Of a stretch of DNA of 64,000 nt, positions 37,058-51,763 are shown piece after piece. The position numbers and the translations under genes are program-made. Origin of the DNA: Vitrella brassicaformis CCMP3155 (taxonomy: Eukaryota; Protista; Chromerida). Each line of letters starts with the position of its first letter. The first letter of the stretch is position 1. The notes beneath the pieces were generated by a model. The model saw nothing but the letters and a program-made list of their open reading frames with translations, did not search any database and had not been told where the DNA came from. The stretch lies in the NCBI GenBank assembly GCA_001179505.1, contig CDMY01000718.1:223383-287382 (forward strand). The letters run 5' to 3'.

Positions 37058-38089
37058 CCTTCGTGCCTGCCGTCGTCCTCCACAGCACTTCCGGCCGTCG
37101 GCTGTGGAAAGTCCAAGCCAATCAGGTCTTCATCCGCGCGGCCAACAGCTCCGCGTCTTCTGCCGTCTCAATGAGGGGAGCTCATGACATCTGGGAGGCT
37201 CCATTTGCAATCACCGAATCGCAAAGAAGCCGGGATCATCGAAGCTCTTCAGACACAAACAGATTGCTGCAGAAGGCAAGAAGCACAAAGCCACAGCGCC
37301 TGCAGCTGCTACCGCCGCCGCTCCTGCGGGTGGTGACGAGTCCGACAGGAAGGCGGCATTCCATTGATGTGTGGCCTCGTACGTAAGGTGACGACGAGAT
37401 GTTCGGGCAATGTTCGGGGTCGCTCGTGTGAACGCCAAGGCGAAACCGAAGGCAAAGGCCGCCAACAGCACCAAGAAGCAGCCCAATGGTCATTGTGGCA
37501 TCATTGTTGTGTGTCCATTGTGATGCTGGTTTGTTCATTCAGGTGCTTCCAAGAAGGCCGCCGTCATGAAGAACATACACAAGCCAGCGGCGGTGGCGAG
37601 AGGAAGGAGACAGATCGACCTGCCGCAGCTGCTGCAGCATTGGAGGGAGGATACACTGGGGAGGAGAGAGGGCCGATTGCTGGGCTTCGCCGCCGAGCCC
37701 CGGCACTCAGGAGGCTATGTGGTGTACATTAGCGTGGAGCGCAACAGAAAGGATATGCAGTCATATCCATCTCCCGCTCTCTCTCTCTCTTTCCCTCTCT
37801 CTCTCTCTGTGAGTGTGTGTGTGTGTGTGTGTGGATGTTGATCAGGGGATGCACCCGAGACTCCGTCACATCCATCGTCACCGACTGCTCGAAGGTATGG
37901 AAGGCATGCTGCAGAAGTGTGTCTGTGTATGCGGCAATAGCAGCAAGAAAACGGGTGTTGAAAGGGGAAAACGACAGACGCAGACATGGAGAGGGTTTTT
38001 TGTTTGTGTCTTTCAGATTCCGTGTGTGTCGTTCTCACCTGCGTGGCAGCAATGGTCAACGGCTTTCAAGAAGTGCGAGAGGAGCGCAA

Positions 38090-39714
38090 ATGGCCATCAT
38101 TGCCGTGATTCTGGCTGGCGTGTGCTTTGGCATCATGCTCATAGACACAGCGGCGACAGGCAAGGCCAAGGCGAATGCCATGGGGCCAGGCATGTCGCAT
38201 TTATCGGTGCCTGCATTTTATTTTTAGAGGAGATCTGCGGCAGTCTATGTGACCCTCCTTGGCTGGAACGGTACTCACGTGGCTTGGCGTGTGTTTTTTC
38301 ACTTATCGGCTGATGACATACTCAAGCTGAGCATCAGTGGCGAACATTGGAAGGTTCGCCGCTTCACCCTGTGTGCTGTGAGAGGCTCTGTGATGGAGCT
38401 GCTCTTCTCGGGCCGCTTCGACGACAAGTTTATCAGGGACAGGAACAATCGCATTCGAGTGGTGAGCAGAGTTGCGGCGCTCATGGTGAACTGCCTGTCT
38501 TGCGCTTGTTCCAGGTTGTATGGCCAGCTGAAGCTGTTCGAGAGAATCAGACGGCCAATGGCGTGACGCTGCCGCCAACGAAATCGGCTGTGTGTTCAGG
38601 TTGGCGGACGCACACACAGCTGATGGGTGTGTGACGGAGTTCGTTTGTTGAATCATGTTGGTGTTTGTCTGTCAGCTATTGGGTTGACTTGCTGACGTCC
38701 AATCCTGCTTCCAAGAAGCGAGCGTCATCTTTTCACACACACGACAAACAGCAGGGCTTGCAGCCGAAGACTGAGCTGCCGACGATGTTCAGCAAGGCAG
38801 ATGACACCAAAGCTGCCCATGAGGAACGCCTTAAGGCGATGCTGATGCGGTGAGCCACACAGGGAGAAGGAGAGAGAGGGAGAGGATCCGGTACCCTTCA
38901 TTTGGCGGGTGTCCATGCGCTGCTCTTCAGTTGGTGTCGAAGGAGGTGTGTGGGTTCACTGTCGCCGTGGCCACGGGCGTGGTCAGGTCGCTGGGCGAGG
39001 ACTGGCTTCTCGCCAATCAATTCCTCAGGCTGACCTGCCCTACCAATCACGACACATACACACATGCCGCCATCCCGTTGTCAGCTCACTCGCATTGTCC
39101 TCTGTCTGTGTGTGTGGGCTGTCAGGTATGATCGGTCGACTGTTGAGTTGCCGATTGTGTACGTCGTGTGGTCGATATCGTCGCGCCTGCGCACATGAGA
39201 GGGGCCGCCATCAAAAACGTGCAGGATGCCCGGGGAGACACACATGAGAATGGCTTCCGCTACATTCTCAACATGTCAGCACGAGCACGGGCATTGCTAC
39301 GTCAACACTTAGTGGCTGGTTGTGCTGTCGATAGGTATGGTTTGCCCCCCGATCGCTACCTGGGCCCTGCTGATGGTCTTCCCACAACGGACCACCTCCA
39401 ACAGATGCGGGACTGGTGCGTGGGTCAGCATCATTCCCACGCACAAGCGACTTTATGCCTTTGTGTGTGGGCGACCCATTGGAACGCATTTATAAGTGAG
39501 TGAGGGGAGGATGGCAAGTGGGAGAATGGGGCCATCTCTGGTGCTGTTTATCCTGTCACGCCAGGGCCACAATGAATGGGTGGATCTGCTGGAGGCCGTC
39601 AAGGGCTACTCGCCGCTGCTGCTGGTATTTCGAGTGGAGGAATCGGACGAGCCGATTGAGGCCACTGGAGCGGCGAAAAGGGCGGCGACATCGAATCGTA
39701 TACCTTCAAGCTGA
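38090..39714 (+). CDS. BTB/POZ (KCTD T1-type) domain protein with a degenerate TLDc-like tail
   Basis: DDILKLSISGEHWKVRRFTLCAVRGSVMELLFSGRFDDKFIRDRNNRI is BTB-like. The tail SRQGHNEWVDLLEAVKGYSPLLLVFRV resembles a TLDc start. Model incomplete. Confidence 0.6.
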
Positions 39715-40425
39715 AAGTGACTGCCACACACCCATACGTGGGATACATGGGCTGGAGCCGCTCGATGGGCATTGCTGGCACGCAGGTACGCACAATACAA
39801 TAGGGGGCAATGTCCGGAATGCCTCTCTGTTTGTGATGCATATGCTGTGCAGGAGTCGGGAAAAGATATCGACCTCTCTTCGCCGACGACGAAAGTCGCA
39901 GCGTGAGCGAAGAGAGTCGACTGGCGCTCCAACGAGTGTGAGCTGATGGCCGGCACGGAGCCCTCAAACGCACGCACGCCCGCACCCAGTTCTGTGCGCT
40001 CTCAGGTGTGTGCCTGGCAGGTCTGTGAGAGTTTAGTCATCTTGATGCTCCGGTGTGCGGGTCTTCTCGCATTTATGTGTGTCAGCGCTAGCAATCCATC
40101 CCTCTCTGCCCCTCTGCGTGCCTTTTTCTTTAGTTCGCTTCCTATGTCCTTTTGTTTGTCTCCCTCCCCCCCTCCCTCCCTCATTGCGTCCCCACACATG
40201 CAGCTGAGCCGGGAAAGTGATCATAGCTGATTCTTGTCCTCCCTCGCCTCCTCTTCCCCTCTCTCTTCCTCCGCCGCTTTTTTTTGTCGCGCGCGCGGGA
40301 ATTGGCAAGTCTCCTCTACACTGACGTCTCCTATGCTGTATCATTCAATCGGCTGTGTTTGCGCGTGCGCGCGACAAGTGAGAGGATTGAACAAGGAGGG
40401 AGGGCTGTTCATGTCATCCGACACA

Positions 40426-40550
40426 CGAGATATACAATGCGGAGCAAAATGGGAAGCTCGAGTCATCACACAATCAACATGTCATCCGACACCTGACAAA
40501 CTCGTCCTCATGACTCCAGCCTCCCATTTTGCTCCGCATTGTATATTTCG
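40426..40550. repeat. 41-bp imperfect inverted repeat (3 mismatches), 43-nt spacer, plus a 15-bp direct repeat
   Basis: Arms 40426-40466 and 40510-40550. catgtcatccgacac at 40410-40424 and 40478-40492. Confidence 0.92.
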
Positions 40551-41078
40551 ATGCACACATCATAAACGAGCTTGTCGCAGTCCCCATGCTTGATGGCGTC
40601 TATGTCCGGCTCCATGTTGTGAACCTCTGAAACAGACAGACACGTCTCTTTATTCATTGATTCTGCAGACGAACTGCTTACCCACACTTGTAGGGTCAAA
40701 CAAACACCCGCACCAGAATTCCCGCCACGTGAGTGATGTAGGTCCCCCCAGATCATCCTTATGGTCGTTGTATATGTCCTCCAGCGTCACACAGTGTGAC
40801 GAATTCATGTAAAGGGCATATTCCACCCAGTTCTGAGGGTTTCTGTATTTACCCAGTTTCTCGACGTAGGTCGTGTATGGGTGGTCCTTTCCCTGCTTTT
40901 TTGCTTTCAGCTGCTCTCCCAACGGGAGATACGGGCGGAGGGTGTGGTATCCCTTTTTCATCGCTCTCTCGACGAACCGGCGCTGCGACAGCGTGGAATA
41001 GCAAAATCTCCCCTTCTCCAGATTCCATGCGCTGCACGAGGCAAGCAAGAGGACAAGCACGACGGATGCTTTCATCAT
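40508..41078 (-). CDS. Small secreted protein (2 exons)
   Basis: Signal peptide MMKASVVLVLLLASCSA-W, one GT-AG intron, last exon EVHNMEPDIDAIKHGDCDKLVYDVCIEIYNAEQNGRLES*. Confidence 0.7.
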
Positions 41079-41174
41079 CACTGTGACGAGTACGGCCAAG
41101 ATGCGATCGGATGGAAGCTCGCATCCGGACTCCTAAGGGTTTGGAAACCCTTGACTCCTGCGCAACGGCGTGAA

Positions 41175-42906
41175 ATGACTGCTCTTCGAACGATGCTTTC
41201 CCCAGCGATTCTTTTGTTCTGCTTGGCATGCTCCACACAAGCCGACCATGCTTCCTTCGTGGCTCCTCGCCCTGCTCCCACATCCCTTTCATTCGGCCGT
41301 CCTTCGTCATTGGTGCGCCTCAGGCAGAGGGCAGGCACGGTGGAGGGAGCGCAAGACGTCAACGCTGATCAGCCTCGGAAGCAGATGACGACAGAGGTGC
41401 CGACTCACGAGTCGCCTCCCGGATGGCTCCATGTTGTCAAGCTGAAGCGCCAGAACACCCTCCCGACACCCATGTTGATAGCGATGCTATTGGACAAGGA
41501 CCGAATGCGCGACGAGTTGGAGCTAGACTATCTTATCGCTGTCGGGTGAGTCGGTGAGTGCCATGCGCGTCGCGAATGATTGCTTCTGTGTGTCTGTGTG
41601 TGTATGATTGCCAGGGATCTCGTGTGCTGGAAGGTCTTCGACTCGTACGTCCGTGCCGCCCTGTTCAACACGGGCGGGGCCGACGCCAGGACCCTGAAGA
41701 AACTGCAGACCGAGGACGTTATTCATCTTCTGGAGCAACACATCAGTTCAGTAGCTGGATGCCTCACCCCGCTAGACCAAAAGGCCACCTTGCTTCTGGA
41801 GCTCTACGAGCGGGGCACATGCGGCAAGTCCTTCACCGAATTCTACATCGGGTTGTGGAACGATCTGACGAAAGGTACGTATGTAGCGCGCATTGCATTC
41901 ATGTGTGTCGGTCGGTGTAAGTTTGTCTGTTCTGGATGCAATGAATGCACTGCAGAGTGGGAGGAGACGGATCGGTCACGAAGGTACGATGGCTCCGTCC
42001 GCGCCCTGTACGTGCCCCCAATGATACAGCCATACCAGACGGCGATGTTGGCTATCGCCGCTGACGTGAACCTGCCAGTGGTCCTCGACAATCTGTCTGA
42101 GGACCTGCTGCCACGATGTTAGTGAGGAACAGACGGACATAGGATGGGGGAGGGAGGGGGGACCATACATCCTCGTCCATGTTTCAAGTACGAGGTCCTC
42201 GTAGGTAGGTAGTTGGGTGCGCCACGTCGCCGTGTGTAGATGAACGACGAAAGGCAGACGCCGTGCGTTGCAGTCTATCGAGTTTTTGTTTGTGCGTTGC
42301 AGACTACACTGAATTTTTCCTGTTGTCGGTTGGTCAGTCGGTCCATAGCATTTCATTCGCAGCACAGCCGCGTTCCTATCGACACCCAACACACCCACCT
42401 ACCGACCAACACACCGAAGACACCCATCCCCCGCCCCCCCACCCCACACATATGCATACGAGTACAAGCTCATACACCAGCACCTCGCCGAAGTACGTAC
42501 ATGTAACAGGAAAGGCAGGACAAGGCAGGGGCGGGGCTCTGAACGGCGAACAACGGACAAACCTTTGCCTCTCTTCTCTCTTTTTGTGTTTGTCTTTCTT
42601 CAACAGGGAAGCTTCAGTCCCTCCACGAGGCGGACACTCCGCGTGGATGACCTCAAACCCGGCCGCACTGTCCTCGCCATCATCGAGCTGTGGGCGAGGG
42701 ACAAGATGAAGGAGATCCACAACAACAAGCGCACCCGCAACGAGGACAGGGGGCTGTTCGTGCCTGACGGCGGCCCGTCCAAACGTCTCAAGCTCGACGG
42801 GGGTGCTGGTGACGGTGGTGGTGGTGGTGGGCAGGAGTGGGACAAGAAGGGCGGAAAGGACAGTCCAGAGGGCAGCATCAAGGAGGGGAGCCGGCGGACA
42901 TGCTGA
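41175..42906 (+). CDS. Hypothetical protein with bipartite leader (probable plastid targeting)
   Basis: Signal MTALRTMLSPAILLFCLACSTQA, then a Ser/Pro/Arg-rich transit-like stretch with early Phe (ASFVAPRPAPTSLSFGRPSSLVRLRQR). Multi-exon. Confidence 0.65.
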
Positions 42907-43466
42907 GAGAGGGATGCGGGATGCGGGGGGCGAGTGGGTGGATTGATGGATGGATTGATGGGTAGGCATTGAGAGCAGTGCAGTGCACTGACTGCGTGTG
43001 GTGACTGGCTGTAAGGTTCGCCTCTTCCTGCAACACTGGATTCGTGTGTGGTTGTGTGGATGGATGAATGGATAGCATCATGCAGTGCAGACGACTGGCT
43101 GTGCCATGCATCTACGGGTTCCCGTGGGTGTGATGTGCCTGAGAGAGTCGGATTCATGTTGGCCCACGGCAAGGGCCAACATGAATCCAGCCTCTTCACC
43201 GAACGCTGGAGCAATGCGCCCGGATTCTCAGTGTTGTCTGTAGATATCATATCTATTGACCTTGCATCTGTCCTTCTGAGAGGGGTCTGGGGGTGTGGGT
43301 GGGTGAACAATGGACCGACCAGATGTCAATCAGTCACATCGCATTCATCTCGTATAAATCCTTTGCCCTCTTCTCTACTCAAATGTCCTCATGACACAAA
43401 GCCAGCCACACAGACACACTACCACCACCACCACCACACAAGTGCAAAGACAAAGCTCAAAACCGA

Positions 43467-46400
43467 TCAGACACTGGTATCCTCATCGGCCGTGTCGTCG
43501 GCGTCGGCTGCTGGAAATTCATGCGACGACCAGCCAGACTGGTTCAGCCTAGACTCGTCCACCTCCACAACGCGAGACAGCATCTTTTTCGGCTGCGAAA
43601 GGTCACCTGTCTCGCCGCCCCCATACGTGTGGCTGCGTCTCAGCAGCCGCCCTGCTGGTGACGGCACGGGCACAGGAGCCACGATAGGCGAGGGGGTGTC
43701 GCCGGTGAGCTGCTGCATCACCTTGTCAGACACGGTCACCCGGTTGGCCATCGGCTTCGACCGCATCATCTGCCCTGCGAACGAGGACACCAGCAGCCCA
43801 TCTTGGTCGTGATCGGTCTGTCTGGGTGAGGGGGGCTCCAGCAGGAAGCACTCGGGCAGCTCGGCAACGTTTGTCGGCGCTTTCTGCTCAGAAGGGTGGA
43901 TGGATGCAACAGGGGATGGGGGGGCACTTGGGGTGATAGACATACGGTGCGGAGGGACAGGGAACCCCACTGGTGGCCGGGGGGCGGGCGCAAGAGGGGC
44001 CTCGGCGTGCTGTTGAAGACACGACGCCAGATGGGCGAGAAGCTGCTGGTTCCGGTGCAGCTCTCTCAACAACATGTCTCTCGCATTAGTCGGCGGCGCA
44101 GCACCCACCACGGGCTGCTGCTCTGCCAGTCGCTGCATAAAGACGTTCTCCCCAGCCATGATGGTCACTTCGGGGCCATGGCTCTGTGAAGATGACTTGG
44201 CCGTAAGCGGCGTCTCTGGGTGGGCAACGGCTCCATCCGGCAGCTGGAAGGTGATCCTGCCCCTGGACGATACCCTTTGACGCGATGGCGGAAGAAGAAT
44301 GCCGGCAGATGAACGCTTATGGTGTTGGAGCCTCTGGGGAATGGGGGTTTTGCTGTCGTCCAGTTGTTGGCCCTTGCTGCTTAGTTCAGTCCCTGTGCTG
44401 CTGCTGACGACGATCTGAACGTGGTCCGTGTCGGCCGCATCAGGGTTTCTCTCGCTGCTATCGGCTGTCGTTGACTGGTTGAGTGACTCAGGCGGCCCTT
44501 GACAGAAGATCGGCGTCTCAGCCACCTCACCACCCTCCCATCCATCGGGCTCGCGGTTGTCACCCACCTGTACAGAGCGACACCATCAACATGCCAGCAT
44601 ATCCATCCTCGCAATTCTCGTTGCTTTGCCACACTGACGCCTTCTCCGGCCGCCTGAGGCGAAGAGTCGCCGAGTGGGGTTCCCATCGTGTGAGGTGACG
44701 ACTGTCCGCTGGCGCGTGAGCTCATGACAGGTGTGAATGCTGAGGGGCCCCAGCCAGCCATTTGGGCGTGTGTCCGATAGTAGCCATGGGGGCCCAGCGC
44801 ACCCATAGCCGCGAACATTGAGGGCGTCATGGGCTGGGTGCCACGGCTCTGAAGGAAGGGACAAAACAAAGGAAGATACACGCAGCCGCGGACATGCAGA
44901 AAAGGCCTCTCTGTCGGTCCGTGTGTGTTGCCCACTGGTATGCTTTCCGATCCGTGTCTGATGGTGCCGGGGGTGATGCCGCCCACAGAAAAAGTGTCGC
45001 CCAGGAGCGGGTTGCTGATATTCGGTTCCAGGCGTGATGGCGGTGCGGTGTGGTTGAGCAGAGCAGCTGGGATTCCGGGCACAGTACGTTGGCTGACGGC
45101 CGCTGTGGAATTGGCATGTAATGAGGGACCTCGACTGAGGGAGATAAGGGGGGGGGGATGTGGCTTTTCTGTGTCGCTCTTGTATGATGTCGCGTACATG
45201 GTGATGCGTGGCAGCTTGACCACTCTTGACAGCCAGAAGGTCCGCTCAGAGGATCTGTCCATCATGGGCTGCCGGGACTCATCAGCGTCTGACACGGACA
45301 AGAAGACCGACAAGTTACTCAGTTGTGTGTCTCCACAAAATTCCCCCGTGACTGCTTTTACGTCGTGGGCAGTTGGATGTCCAGTGTCCCTCCTGTCCGC
45401 ACTTCTGGCAGTACACCTTAAGCATGTGTAAATGGCCCCTCGCTATCTCGTCTGCAGTTCGACGATAAAAATCCATTAACAAGGGAAAGGACTGAAGCAC
45501 CTCCAACAGCGCCTGAACAGCAAAACAGACGTGAGACGAATGTGGTGTCTCTTTTTCCGTCACATGTCTTGCTTACCTCTCTGGAAACAGAGACCAGTTC
45601 GCAGTATGTCTCGCACACGACAGTGGCGGTCCTCACTCGGTTGGCCATGAAGAGTGTCAGCTCCCCCAGCCACCCACCACCAGACACGGACGGGTAAAGG
45701 GCCACGTCGAAGGCTGACGGGTCCGCAGGGATGGTCGGCACCACACGCACTCTGCCTCGGACCACAAAAAACATCGTCGAGCCCTGAGAAGACGCACATA
45801 TCCGCACTTACACAAGGGAGCCAGAGGGCTGTGTGACGATTGTATGTGTATGTGTGTGTCTCACCCTCGATCCTTTTTCAAAAACCACATCGCCCGGTGC
45901 GAACAGGTTGCTCTCACACTTTTGCGAGAGTGACGTCATGAAGCGGCGGCCGCATTTCCGAAAGAAGGGGAACAAGATCAGCACATTGCCCAGCAGGTAG
46001 GCCAGCACTTCCTTGCGCAAAGAGTCAGAGAGTTTCGACAGCACCTCCCCTGACGCGTCCTGGTTGACACATGGGGACATTCCATGGGTGCCGATGGACT
46101 GCTCCTGGTGTCCCCTGGTTGTGTACCTGTCTATCGAGACCTGCGTCGAAGGCATGTGCGAGATATCTCCTGATGCGGTGCTGCAGCTCTGGAGGCAGCT
46201 TCTTCTTCCGCATGTAGCGATTCACCGACTTGATCTCTCGCCGAAACTCGGCCTACGGACACAATATGCAAAAATCCTACTAAGTACAGAGAAGTGTCTC
46301 CATGTGTGGCGTCTTACCTCTTCTTCGCCAAATTTGTTGGCCACGCTTGCAAGGGATGAGACAAATGTGGCGAAGAGGCCGGCAGCGATGACCATGCAGA

Positions 46401-47677
46401 AGACGGCGAAGATCTGGATTGATGAAGGGAACAACATGGAGAAATGACAGAGACGAGGGCGCGGGCTTGCGACCAACATTTACCTGTTCATGGTAGTTTC
46501 TCGGCCTGATGTCGCCATATCCCACAGTGCTCTGCCAAGCCAAAGACAGCAGACGAACGATTATTGCGCCCCGATACCCGTGTTTTCTCTCACCATCGTA
46601 GTGACAGCCCAGTAGACTGACGCAACATATTGGTGCGCCTTGGGGGCTTTCCGCAGCTCCTCAAAATCCACCCATGTTGTCGGCACCTCGTCTGCGCCCT
46701 CATACTGGGCCGGGGGGTCGATATGCGCCCCAACGGTCCACCAGATGCACGCTGCCCAATGTGCGATGAAAGCCTGCACATGGGAGACATGCATACCTCA
46801 GATCACTGCAAGTATCTGTTCCACATGGTGTGGCTCACCAGAAGGAACACGAGTTTGGTGGCTTGCAGGGAGAGGCTTAGCCAGTCCGAGTGGATGAGGT
46901 TCTCCACCGCGGCCCACACGTTCCTCAGCTTGAGGACGCGCACCAGACGGATGACCCTCAGCAGCTTGGTGAACCGCAGTATACGGACAAGCCGGAGGGT
47001 CATCCATATGTTGTCGTCGGTAAACCATGATATCGGGGAGGTGGCTGTGAGGTCGAGGATGAACCATGTGCCCAGGTAATGCACCACAACCAGCCTGACA
47101 AGACAAAGCGCCGGAAACGCTGGCCGCGGCCGCTCTCTTGTCGGAATCAATTCTTCCTTACTGTCTGTCGGTGATGAGCGTGTTGCCGTCGTAGTATGCC
47201 GTGTTGAAGTTAAGGAGGATGTCGACGATCCAGAAGACGTCCACCATGATGAAGAACACAGCTGCGCCCCCCGTGAAGGTGTGGACGAAGCACACCTCAA
47301 AAGGCACAACCACAATGATCACCAAAATCAGAACGAAACCCACCAACTGAACCGAGAATGGATTGAATGGATGCATGTTCGTCTTTCTGATCCATGCTTA
47401 CGTCCCAGGTCAGTCGGAAGGTTGATTCAGGCGAGATGACGCCCCAGCTCCTGCCTCTCTGCATGTAGGTCTGTTGGGACTCCATAAGCTTCCTCTTGAT
47501 GAGTGCCGATGCCCTCTTCTTCCACAGGTTGGCCTTATCCATGGTGTGGCGCAGAGTGGAGCCGCCGGCGGCCACGTCAGACTGTGCAGTAGGGGATGGC
47601 TCATCGCCACCAACTGATGAGCGAAGAGGGGCGGCCGAGTTCCTGGCTGACTGAATGTGAGGCTCTTCTGAAGCCAT
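43467..47677 (-). CDS. Cyclic-nucleotide-binding 6TM K+ channel (EAG/HCN/CNGK-like) with a CCHC knuckle and long disordered tail
   Basis: S1-S6 segments, S4 LRLVRILRFTKLLRVIRLVRV, pore VYWAVTTM|STVGYGD, C-linker, CNBD (FAPGDVVFEKG..MFFVVRG..GELTLF..RTATV), then CQKCGQEGHWTSNCP. Confidence 0.92.
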
Positions 47678-47952
47678 TGCGGTTGAATCGCCCACCCAAT
47701 TCCTCCTTGTCTGCAAGCTAAACTCACATGCATGGGGGCAGGGTGGGGGCGCGAGCTTCCCAGCGTCTCTCCCGAATCTCCCTGTCCCTCTTGCCCTGGT
47801 GCTGCACACGCCCCTCAGGCAGCATTGCATCGCTCCCCATTGCAATGGTGGATTCCTTCATTCGCTTCACAGGCAGCCTTCGGTCGTCAACCAACACCCA
47901 GTGACTGTCCCCCCCTCGAGCTTCCCAAGTACGGCATTCGCTCATTCCAGCG

Positions 47953-51214
<3,262 letters not shown>

Positions 51215-51763
51215 GGCGGCAGTCGGGGGATGGATGGATGGAGACAGAGGGAGAGGGGTCTACAGAGGCTTCATGGCGTGCATGTTAATGTGCGTGTTTC
51301 GACGACGTTTGCTGCGGTTGTGTTTGGTGTGTGTGTGGTGACTGATCCCTTGACTTCGCTGGTTGTTGGCCTCCCCTGTCCTCGAATGTGTCCATGCATG
51401 AAAGTCACTTTCACGCGACTCATCGGTCGCATGCCACGGAAGGGAGTGCTAGCTTGGCCCCAATTACGGACGGAGGGAGGAACACCTGAGCGTGCCGCGC
51501 TCGCCAAAGCTCCGAGTCGCGAGTGCCGACCTTGCGGGCCCGCGAGCTCGCCCTCCCCCCGTCTGCCCCCAGTCTACAGTCTCGGTCCTCTGTCTTGCAC
51601 AGCCTTCTTTTGTGTCTTTCCTGTACTGCAATCCATCCACCTGGCAGTGGGTAAGCAGTTGTCAACATTCGAGCAGCATCCGCCGCCTCGACTCGTGTAA
51701 AAGACACATGGTAGTGAAGCACATGTGCGATGTGTTTGCTTTCAATGCTGTGTCTCAGGCAGC

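Noticed and set aside
45369-45410. Retroelement gag insertion
   Set aside because: No RT, protease, integrase or LTRs nearby, and the knuckle is in frame with the channel.
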